Shown piece after piece: positions 11,211 through 20,593 of a DNA stretch of 46,441 bases; position 1 is the stretch's first letter, and the number at the start of each line of letters is the position of its first letter. The translations under genes and the position numbers were made by a program. The notes beneath the pieces were generated by a model. The model saw only the letters and a list, made by a program, of their open reading frames with translations. It did not search any database and was not told the origin of the DNA. This DNA is from Phoronis australis (taxonomy: Eukaryota > Animalia > Phoronida): assembly GCA_002633005.1 (NCBI GenBank), contig NMRA01000161.1:1-46441 (forward strand), in the 5' to 3' direction.

Positions 11211-12702
11211 TGACCTTACGCCAGAAAATGAATGACAGGTGTGATTGACCAATCATAATGCTGCATTCCAGACATTCCTCCAGACTGCAGTTCAAGTCGC
11301 CATCTGTCCGACAAACATTAGCAGCTGTAGAACAAAACACGTTCAACTACAATGTGCATTTTAAATGGCCAAGCGGTGTTGTTGTGGTGTGTGTAATTCA
11401 GACCGTCGTTATACCGACAGAGATAAAAGTCCTGTCAATTTTTGGCCTTTTCCAAAGCCTAAAAGTGACTTTGTAATGAGCAAACGGTGGATTACTTAAT
11501 AAACTATGGGTACCGACTCCCGCACGAGCAGTCTAACCTAGAGCTAAACACAAGTATGTTCTAAGGTATGCACTATTTTTAACATTTCTTCCCAATATTG
11601 CAATTTTGGCTCTGGATTACAGTCTTTGTTAAGTGTGTGGCCCAACGCCTCTGCTATCACTTTCTGATTCATTATAACCATACATGACGACCATTCCATA
11701 GCACTGACGAAAACGAGTTAAAATGTAGTCAATCAATGAAAAAAAAGAGTCAAAATGCATTGCAGGCCTACCTACTTATCTATTAGAGACTCTTACATCT
11801 ACACTGACTGTGAGTGTTGTTATAGGCCTATTCCTATTCCTTCGTAACTCCAGTCTTGGCCCTGTCGACTGGCTTGTGCCTGCTATTATCTCGACAAAGA
11901 TTGCCAGTAAAAGCCAAAGCGAAGGATTGAAAACTTTATTATGAACATCGGAGAAAATGCACGTTAATCATCGAAAATACGTAGCATTTTGGCGCTACGC
12001 CATGGCACTACAGAAACGGCAAGCACGCACTGGGTACTAAATGCGCAGTGCAAGCACTGGTTGGACATGTACGTAGCATACAACTCAGTCACATTGGCAA
12101 CAGTCCGCAGTCGGCAAGTGTGCTTTGTTTAGTCTGTCTTCGGAGGTCATAATCAAGGTCACCACTATTAACTTGAATGGTTAGTGGGACTACGAATGTC
12201 GACTTGTTACGTGTGTCTGTCACGGCGCCGGCTCGACCATCGGCGATCACTGGACCCGAAATTATCGGCTAAACTTACAGTTACACCTCAGTAAATTTCT
12301 TGATCGCCTAAATATTTTAGTAAAACGTTCATTCTGCTTTGAGGGAAGAATTGTTATTCATTAAGGATTTTTGCTATTATTTTAACCGCATTCGTGCAGT
12401 TTTTGTCGACGGTGATGTCAACTCTATGAGGGTCGTAAGCGGGATTTGCGTTGACTTCTGAAACATCCGCTGGCGGTTTACGTCAGGTGTTCTCGACATA
12501 AATCTTCCCGTAGAAACCTTTTCTGAAGCCTGTTGCCTTTTGTCTTTGTTACGGCGAGATTCATAGGGAAGATAATGTTCGCCAAAGCCTGCGTGAATAT
12601 CAGTTAGCACACCGGTCTTGCTTGACGAAACCATTCTCTGATGTCGGACTTCCCCACCACATGACATCATAGGCGGAGCAATCTTCTGCTGGCGTAAGGT
12701 CA
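11211..12702 (+). mobile_element. ISL2EU-like non-autonomous element, copy 1 (THAP remnant)
   Basis: TIRs TGACCTTACGCCAG ... CTGGCGTAAGGTCA, each flanked by AT within an AATT site. A decayed THAP exon lies near the left end. A close inverted copy is at 24865-26388. Confidence 0.8.
11365..11690 (+). pseudogene. THAP zinc-finger remnant (transposase N-terminus)
   Basis: MAKRCCCGVCNSDRRYTDRDKSPVNFWPFPKPKSDFVMSKRWIT* .. RLPHEQ .. (frameshifted) VCSK, then a GTATG donor. After the TTACAG acceptor comes a frameshifted FVK..GPTP-like piece. This matches the THAP CxxxxC, FPKP, W and CSKHF signature. Confidence 0.75.
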
Positions 12703-13911
12703 ATTAAAGCTTGCACAAAACAAGTAAAGAGAACGGGTTGATTACTTGGTATTGTGCAGTTGTAATAAAAACGTCCACGTGACCCTTTCATTCACGCGGC
12801 GTGAATTTGATTCAAATCTGCTAGTTGCTGTTCTCGTCTTACTGACATATTTAAGTGGGTTATGAACTGACATGAGACTGTTGACTGATTGGGAATGACA
12901 TATTAGTGACGTGTTGAGACGATAGTTTCAGAGATAAATCACCACAGAGGACTAAAACTGCTTTCAATCTGTTTGGCATGAATTACCTTTATGGACCAAT
13001 CATCAAAATCTGATACTCAGAAAATATCCCGCTAACAGGAAGTCGTTGTCAGTAAGTCAGTTCAATATTGTAGATTTTGGCCGGGTTATTGGGTTTTGAA
13101 TTCAGTGACTGATTTAGGCCATGGGTATACAAAGAACTCCTCATAACAGCACGTAGGACATGAAAATCGCAGTCTGGTGAAATCAGCAGTTGCAAACTGG
13201 AGCATTGCAAAGTGTCAGACAAGCGACGCGTCATTCACATATAATACAACTGCACGCGACTTATTTAATACATGCAGGCCTAGATTAACGCGGTAACGCG
13301 TAAAACCCGTACGCGTGAACAACTGAAGGCTTGGAATTCCATACAAATTTGCTCGGACGCCTTTATAATTATAGCATATGGCCGCAATTTGGCCTGCGGC
13401 CTGTACCTAAAGCTGTGTCCATATCCAATTTTGCTGTGACACCTTTCAATGAAATCACATGCCCACTAGTTGGCTTAAGCTCTTGTACGTAAAATTGCCT
13501 ATATATCCAAATTTGCTGGGAGGCCTTTACAACTATAATATATGTTCAAAATTTGGCCTATGCGCCTCTATGTAAAGTAGGAACACGCACTTATGGAATA
13601 GCAGGAAAACGTTGTTTGAATCAAGGTTGGGCATTGCTTTACATCAGATGTTAGCGTGTCACTTCAATTCAAAATGAAATGATAAATTGAAAGCTTAAAC
13701 AGATGGATAAACAGCAAACCGAACCACTCTTAACGGAATAAAAATAAATAAAAGACGTTTCATTGAAAATCTAAAATCGAGACTAATGCAAAATCGTTCA
13801 CACTATTTCACATACAGGCAGGTTATTGGTTTGTAACTACGTTTCATTTAGCAAGCGAGTAAACATAAGCAATCACAAGAGGCATTTTCCCCACAAATTA
13901 TTATTTATGTA

Positions 13912-15936
13912 TTATGTATTAACTTTCCAAAGAGACCGTCCTTCTGTCAAACAGTAGCAGTAAGGGCGTAAGTGGGGAAACTCATCCATAACACAATGTG
14001 GGTCATTCCCGTATTTATTTATTCGACTGATGGCGTTCTCGTCCGGAAGAAATGCACTTTCAATCGTTTTATGTTGCACTGTCGCCTCAAATTCTCCAAG
14101 ACCTGGAGTTGTTACTATAGTTATCTGATAAAGAACAATAGACGAATTTGTGTTTTCAGCGAACTGTGCAATTCGTCCGTCGGTATCGTTGCTTTGTCTA
14201 AATTTCAATAGGTTGTCGTTGGGTTTAAATGACACGGCATGAGTTATAGTTTTGAGTCGCAATTTAGAACACAGATTTCTAAAATTTTCTGTTATGGAGT
14301 TCATTAATTTAACAAGGCTTTTCGCTGCGAAGAGAACGTCACTGCTTTCCTTGTCAACAGATACCCACTGCAAGCATGCGCACCAATGAGGTTCAATGCC
14401 GGCGTTTGCGCAAGTCCTTTCCTTCGGAATTTCTTGAAACAGGCTAATGCCTCTATCTTTGATACTCCCCCTTTTCGGCTGTGTGAAATTAAGTATATGC
14501 AGAAATGTGGCGTGAATATCATATGGAGTCGTAAGGCGAAACGCGTTGGATTTGAAATTTTTCATGGCATTTGGGTAACTTCGTTGGAATGACTCGGGGA
14601 AACGAAAAGCGAAGAAGGGCATCCGTTCTTCTAGTTTGCCCTGCATAGTTCTACGGATGTTCTGAAATCTTGCACCATGATCGCTCATCAAAATCAATAT
14701 CGTGTGGCTGAGATATCCGTGGTTGCTTAAGAATTTCAAAAATTCTGTAAAATCAGTATCAGCAAGCTGAAGGAAGTCGGTGTGACCGTGCGAGTATTCA
14801 GAATGGAATCCAAACATGAATTTAGGACGCTTCCCGTATACAAGATAGCTTTCTTTAAACCAATTCATCATATTTTGATGTCTGGGAAGTGACCCGTAGC
14901 AGTATGGTGGGTTTCTCCGATAAATTTCTCTTTCTGCCACCAGTTGAAACGGACGAGCGTAATGGTCAGTGGGTTGATTTCGGAAACCCTTCATTCGGTA
15001 TTGAAATGTGCCTATTAGCGCACCATCTTCGGTCCACTGAGTAACATATCCGGCGTTCTTGAACCTGTTCCATATCCATGGATGGTTGTCGACAAAGTCA
15101 GCATTTGGATGCCCTCGCCTTGCTTCGGGCAACTCCGTCTCTTGCTTTCCTGTAAGAATGGGCAACAATGCTTGCGGTGTTCCGTCACCAACAATATTAT
15201 ATCCTTCTAGAATTGTTCCGCCCAGTTCGTTGACGAAGTAGTCCGTGGACTTAGGGAGATTCCTGAGCCACGTCATTCGTGAAACTGAATCAAAACCGAG
15301 CATTAACACATCGTAATTTAAACTGTGTTTCATTGCTTTTCCCTTTGCGTAACGGTTTAACGTTTCGGCGGATGGTCTAATCCCTGACATAATCAGTTGC
15401 TGTATCTTTTGGTCGCCTCCTCGGCACCAGACGACAATGAAGTCGTGTGGTATTACATCTCCATCTGATATTGGTACAAGTTTCCCTCCAAAACGCGCAT
15501 CATCGTTCTCATCTCGTCGATAAATTGGAACATATCGGCACTGTATTTTACCGTGTTTTTCTGATGCAATACGAGATATTCGAAAAGTCGCGTTATGTAT
15601 AAAGGCGAAATTTTGTTCCACAGAGCAACGTAAAGGCTGACGGGTCTTGAAAAACTTCATCATTTCTCCTTGAAAAGGGTCAAGTATGGGATGAATACAT
15701 GCTTGACTATCCCTATTAAACCCGTAAGATTTCGAATTGAGAGCGTAATACTTTCCCTTGGAATATTCAGAGTTTACATTCGAATGTCGTTTGAAACTAT
15801 GCCATAGCCAGTATCCACGGTACGTTCTTATCCTGTCTGCGTCAAATGATAAATAAAGAATGAACAAAAACAGTGGTATCATCATGGTAAACTTCCGACG
15901 ACGCCATGATCTCGGAAAACAAACGCGAATGCGCAT
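13912..15936 (-). CDS. DUF229-family protein (alkaline phosphatase/sulfatase superfamily), predicted type II membrane protein, 674 aa
   Basis: Uninterrupted 2025-bp ORF. A basic N-terminus (RSWRRRK) precedes a hydrophobic anchor. Family motifs: GFDSVSR, GYNIVGDGT, HSEYSH, MSDHGARF, EERMP, TTPYDIHAT, RTCANAGIEPHWCAC and the C-terminal SRINKYG..C..LRPYCYC. Confidence 0.93.
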   Translation of the reverse strand: MRIRVCFPRSWRRRKFTMMIPLFLFILYLSFDADRIRTYRGYWLWHSFKRHSNVNSEYSKGKYYALNSKSYGFNRDSQACIHPILDPFQGEMMKFFKTRQPLRCSVEQNFAFIHNATFRISRIASEKHGKIQCRYVPIYRRDENDDARFGGKLVPISDGDVIPHDFIVVWCRGGDQKIQQLIMSGIRPSAETLNRYAKGKAMKHSLNYDVLMLGFDSVSRMTWLRNLPKSTDYFVNELGGTILEGYNIVGDGTPQALLPILTGKQETELPEARRGHPNADFVDNHPWIWNRFKNAGYVTQWTEDGALIGTFQYRMKGFRNQPTDHYARPFQLVAEREIYRRNPPYCYGSLPRHQNMMNWFKESYLVYGKRPKFMFGFHSEYSHGHTDFLQLADTDFTEFLKFLSNHGYLSHTILILMSDHGARFQNIRRTMQGKLEERMPFFAFRFPESFQRSYPNAMKNFKSNAFRLTTPYDIHATFLHILNFTQPKRGSIKDRGISLFQEIPKERTCANAGIEPHWCACLQWVSVDKESSDVLFAAKSLVKLMNSITENFRNLCSKLRLKTITHAVSFKPNDNLLKFRQSNDTDGRIAQFAENTNSSIVLYQITIVTTPGLGEFEATVQHKTIESAFLPDENAISRINKYGNDPHCVMDEFPHLRPYCYCLTEGRSLWKVNT

Positions 15937-15941
15937 TTGTC

Positions 15942-15958
15942 CTGCAAAAGAAAAAATA
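15942..15958 (-). other. Splice acceptor just upstream of the DUF229 start codon
   Basis: The minus strand reads TTATTTTTTCTTTTGCAG|GACAAATG: a polypyrimidine tract plus CAG, 5 nt before the ATG. This implies one or more upstream exons. Confidence 0.7.
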
Positions 15959-16267
15959 ACCGTTGTTAATGGTAAACACGGTGTTTAATCGGGAAATTGC
16001 GCCAGCTGCTGTAAGCTACTTCTCCATACTTCAAGATAGGCGTCATATATTCGCGTTAAAAAAATAATTTAGCTGCGCTTCAGCGTCTGCACTCGCATCT
16101 TTAGCCGTTGGTCATCAAGCTAAGTGCTTTAGTTGAAACGTTTTAGGCAGATCGTTTTACTTAAAGTGCGTTCTGTTCGCACAGCACGTTTGATACGGCT
16201 AAAACATTTTAAAGGAGTTGAACGGCAACTGATGAATGTCGCACGAAATGTCATTTTCCCCCATGCG

Positions 16268-16585
16268 GAATACCTCGGGTGTTTTCGTAGCCTCACATTA
16301 ACCGTCGTAGTTGTTTAATGTCAGCGCTTGTACGAGCTTTAATCGTTATACCAACGAGACTTGTTCAAGGAACGGCTAAAATTCTGGCTCAGTTGAGCAG
16401 GTCTCAAAAAACGTACACAACAGTCATTGTCAAGCCTGAATTTCCTCTTATGACAAGGCAATCCCGGCGCTATCGACTGCATTTCCATTTTGAGAGCCAC
16501 AGGACTTGCTGTAATTTTTGAAGATGGCACGTGCACGAAACACATTCGAGGGAACATTTGAGCCTACGAAAATACCCGAGGTTTC
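16268..16585. mobile_element. MITE (GAANACCTCGGG TIR family), copy 1
   Basis: TIRs GAATACCTCGGGTGTTTTCGTAGCCTCA ... TGAGCCTACGAAAATACCCGAGGTTTC, with GCG on both sides. A related element is at 27446-27686. Confidence 0.8.
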
Positions 16586-17084
16586 GCGGGTGATTTGCCG
16601 CGTGTATGTGTGCGATGCCTCATCATTAACAAGTGCTCGTGAGCGCTCTTTTCTCTATGGAAAAAGACATTATTTTTATAAACCTGCAATACAAGCCTGA
16701 CCACTAAACAACTATCGGGTAATACAACCATGTAATGTTGTTTTTTTGCCCAAAATAGTAGCAAGAGCCTAATAACAAGCGCACTCGTAAAGCTTGGCAT
16801 ATCCCAATCCAACATTTCACTGAGGTTTTTACAAACAAACCATCTTCAGAGAGAAGCAGTAGTAACCCATGCAGTCATTCCCGTTTAGGTTAAAACCTTT
16901 AAGTTAAACGTTTTAAGACGATGTAGAGGTACAGGTTTTGAACCCAATCAGACTAGAAAAGAAAAACGTTCAAATTTGGTCATACGCTGCCACTTCACAA
17001 TTGTTAAAAAGTTTTGGCAAGTAATTTATGAGCGAATCATACTCTAGAAATAATTCATAAAAAGTCCCAGCAAACAACAGTTAC

Positions 17085-17205
17085 GTATACATTCTCAGAA
17101 ACTTAGTACTTTTGCTCAAGTGAGATTTAATTATTTGTCAGAGACAGCTGTGTGGAACGTAAAACCAAATTTCTGACTTGAGTCACTAACCATGAAACTG
17201 GATCC
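17085..17205. mobile_element. Partial Harbinger-type MITE (right half), related to 38140-38398
   Basis: Colinear similarity (ATTCTCAGA.ACT..GTACTTTT..GTGAGATTT..TTTGTCAGA..GTGTGGA.CG.AA.ACCAAATTTCTGA..CATGAAAC.GGATC) ending before CTG GTG. Confidence 0.55.
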
Positions 17206-18959
17206 CTGGTGGCGAATACGATTTGTCATGAATACGATTTGTCATATGAAGTAGAGCAGGTTAGGTTTTGCTACGGCAAATCATACGAATCATTGGATAG
17301 CTGGCCTATCACTGCGTGTTATTGTTTGACAAGTGAACAAGTGGGGTAGAGGATTCAGGGCTCGCATACCGACAATGTTATGAACTGCGGTGAACCATGC
17401 TTGTCCTAGTTCAGATACGCTGCTCTCTCGAACAACGTCAATCTACCTGCGATGTTTTGTAACACAACGCTTGCACTTGATCGCGTCCGCCGGCTTAACT
17501 GGCTAAGACTTCTTTATTGGTTTAAAAACCGAACGACGTCTTCGACAACCAATCAAAAATTATAGCTGGTTGGCCCTTCGCTATTGGCAAAGCTAACCAA
17601 GTGTACCCCAAATATGACAAATACACAGCAGCTTTCATCTACTTCCCTTGGATTGAAATGATAGCAAAATTCCTCAAGTGTACCTTCTGACTTAGCCCCC
17701 GTTTCTGATAAACTGAGAAAACGTACATAATTCATACGGGACAGACTTTCGACATGTGGTTTTAAAGAAAAACAAATAATCAAAACGAAAGTAACAAAGT
17801 TGAAGTATTCGACCACGGTTTTATAAAGTTGGCCTTAGATGTTGAGGGCGTATTTCATTGGCACTTAAATGCACGACATATATAACTTTGGAACAGCGAA
17901 AGTATCTCTCGCACAAACTAGTCTCAAGGTTGCGCTTGCCATGCATGGTAGCAATTGATTTCTACAATTAAAATGAATTGAAATGCCATTTGGCATTGAA
18001 GCCCCATAATTTATTTTGGATGGATTAACCAACCCCTTCAAAAGTGTATGCTTTTGCTATTATTTTTAAAAGCGAACGACATGGGTGATCCTGTATATTT
18101 AGGGATAGAAATCGCTGACATCATTATGTAGACAGGTTTTGGAGGTCATTGTGTAAAATGTTTCATTTTAGGTAGTGAGAAAAAAGGAAATGAACAATTT
18201 TTCACAAAAACTAGGATGAGTCTGAAATGTTATCTAAATTCCTGCAACTAATTATGATCCACTGGAAATGGACTTTTAAAATTGCATGCAGTACATATAC
18301 GGGTTTTGTTCATTTTCTCAATTGTTTTGGACATTATGATGGCACACTCACTTTTTGAATAGTTTAGCTATCCCGTACCTATATTTTGCTGTGGTCTGCA
18401 ATAAAAACCGGGGCGTCGCATTTTCATCTGATCTCACGTTTATGCGGATATATTTAGATTATTGAGGACCCTACAGACTAACTAGTCCACACATTTTGCC
18501 AAATCTCTATAAAACTATGGATTTTAACTCAGAAAAAATATACATTTTCTGAAAGTAGAAAGCCTGTAAAACTTGGTGTTTGACTTTAAACCAAGCTGTC
18601 ATTAACCAGATCACATGAACACGTCTTTTTGTAAAATTTTTCAAAAAGAAAGGTCTATCCATAGCAAAACGATGGAATCAACAACATGACCAAATATCGT
18701 TTGATATAAATATTCAAGATGAAATCCCAATAGCGCCGTTACAGTTTTCTAAATTATTTCGTTTTTGTTTTGTGCAACGTTCAGTTACTCCAATAGTTTG
18801 ATAGTTCCTCTTACAAGAGTGGAAACTTTAAAACAATTCTCAGGAGCTTCCTAGAGAACAGTGAATTTTGCATGGCATCTGGTTTCATGTGCATCCAATC
18901 AACCAATTCTGAGATATGATATTTCGAAGTTTGTCAAATTTGGGGCCCTACATAGCCGT

Positions 18960-19035
18960 TTATGTAGCAAGGAGTCGAATCCACTACGTATGACCTCGCA
19001 CAAGCAGGCGAGCGATCTACCGCTCAGCTTGGTAC
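18960..19035 (-). mobile_element. Degenerate tRNA-derived SINE head or tRNA pseudogene
   Basis: The minus strand has an A-box-like AGCTGAGCGGTAGATCGCTCGCCT, an anticodon-like stem CTCGC..GCGAG and a B-box-like GGATTCGACTCC. There is no acceptor stem. Confidence 0.5.
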
Positions 19036-20194
19036 CACGCGCTAACAAATGCGTGCTTTAAGCGTGCGAATGTCTGGCAGCTAACGGAGAGAATTGGTGA
19101 TTTCTAATAAAGTCACAAAAACACCACAGACTTTGTTGTTTCGTCGCGGTGGTCAAAGCTAATAACTCCCAGAATAATCCCGAACACGCGTCTTTCGTCC
19201 CCACAAACGGTAATGTCCCTTTAATAGGTGCGCAATATGATAGTTTCCATCTCAATAACTTAATAACGCTTAGTGAACGAATTGCATTTTGAACAAGCTC
19301 CTTTCGATTTTGACGATGTCGTTTCACAATTCTAGCGACTGGGATGAACAAAAAGAAAAATAACATCAAGGTTTACTGGGTCGACTACATGTAAGGAATA
19401 ACTTCAATTCTCATTGGGATACGAGACTTACCTATAATCAAGACGAAAAATAGGAATGTTAGTAAAACTTTACATGACGTATCAAGTTGATCCGATGACT
19501 ATATTATCTTATGGTTGCTGCAGAATAAAATACAGGGTTAAAAGTGACAATGTTACTACTCAAGAAGTAATAGGTTTTTTTTTGAAAATTCATCGAATAT
19601 GACATCTGAAAAGCAGACAAAGGATATTTTTACCTGATTGCCGAGCACGAAACTTGTACCATAGCTGTATGGTTAGCGAACTGTAGTCACACGTTGATGA
19701 GCGTAAGATTCCTGAACTAAAACATCTGTTTCAAAGAATGGTTTACTCATCCGGTAGGTATGCTAATGTTCAAGACCGTCAGAATTTGCAAACATATCAT
19801 ATGTCAAATGAGATAGATAAACTCAACTGTTACCGGTGTCGTCACAGAAAACCAAACGGAAATACAATCGGTATAGCAGAAACTCAGCAGGTACATTGCC
19901 AAGGTGACGGTATATCAGTTCTATACCTTACGCTATGCTTTAGCGATGTGTGCCATCACATAAAACATTGACGAGGTGGGAGTAAACGGGAATACAACGT
20001 TAACGCTGCAAAAACCGACAGTTTTGTTTAACGATACTCTTTCGACTTTGTTTGGTTGCATACACTTTCAAATGTCAAGTGAGATTCCCCCAGTGAAGAT
20101 AATGTTTAAAGCCCACTCCGAAATTTCTCACAGGCTTAATGTACACTGTGTATCTGCGTTGTTAGTGATACCGATTTCCAAAAGTGACTGATTG

Positions 20195-20593
20195 TGCGAA
20201 CAGTCTGTTCGGCAAATAGCAGAGTCTTTCACTATTTTCCGTGGACTGATTCGGCCCTGGACTGGCCCTGAATGCAACTGGTCTCTTTGTAAACACTCCA
20301 GGTTATGTTGTAATTAGTGTATACCATCGTTTCTTTTATGATTTATCTAGATTATAGCATTTACACGTGTACCTATTATCGTTTATGCCCATTACCCCTA
20401 GTCTATACTTTAGCGATTACGACAACTTAACTTTTATTTACAATTATATCTCTGTGTTATTCTCCACATCCAGCTTAAGTTCCATTTTCTTCATGTTTCT
20501 GTTAAATTTAATGTCATAGAAATAGCCCAACTGGCTAATGTTAATCTGTTCTTCGAACGACGTTAAGTAAAGATTCTTGATTCTTGATTCTTG
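20195..20593 (+). mobile_element. 5'-truncated CR1/L2-group LINE 3' end
   Basis: Translates as ..SVRQIAESFTIFRGLIRPWTGPECNWSLCK, resembling the WxGPxCxCxxC C-terminus of invertebrate CR1-group ORF2. A T-rich 3' UTR and an (ATTCTTG)3 tandem tail follow, ending at 20593. Confidence 0.7.

Larger units (their letters stand above)
11150..13343. mobile_element. Non-autonomous TIR element (CATGGAATTCC termini), ~0.7 kb without its nested insert, apparent 6-bp TSD CAAATT
   Basis: ~70-bp imperfect TIRs: GGAATTCCGAGCACGTCAGTTTTTAACGCGTACGCGTTTTAC... versus ...GTAAAACCCGTACGCGTGAACAACTGAAGGCTTGGAATTCC. CAAATT at 11144-11149 and 13344-13349. Confidence 0.75.
11065..13580. repeat. Degenerate ~82-bp tandem repeat (about 4 units: ~11065-11149 and 13344-13580), interrupted by nested transposons
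   Basis: A recurring TATCCAA(A/T)TTTGCT..GCCTTT..ATTT(G/C)GCCT..GCCTGTA(T/C)GTAAAG unit. TCCAA anchors lie at ~13424 and ~13506, and one unit is split at 11149/13344. Confidence 0.6.

Noticed and set aside
11258-11476. ORF conserved between the two THAP-element copies (also 26135-26341)
   Set aside because: It is an alternative frame over the THAP exon, and its conservation just reflects recent duplication.
13344-13580. 82-bp repeats as a CRISPR array or coding repeat
   Set aside because: The units are similar along their whole length with no unique spacers. The period is not a multiple of three, and the context is eukaryotic.
13972-15241. Short ORFs overlapping DUF229
   Set aside because: They are antisense or out-of-frame shadows of the real CDS.
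17214-17245. Perfect 16-bp tandem duplication GAATACGATTTGTCAT
   Set aside because: An ordinary slippage duplication with no sign of function.
18960-19035. Functional tRNA gene
   Set aside because: There is no acceptor stem, the arms are distorted and no terminator follows. Kept only as a SINE-like remnant.
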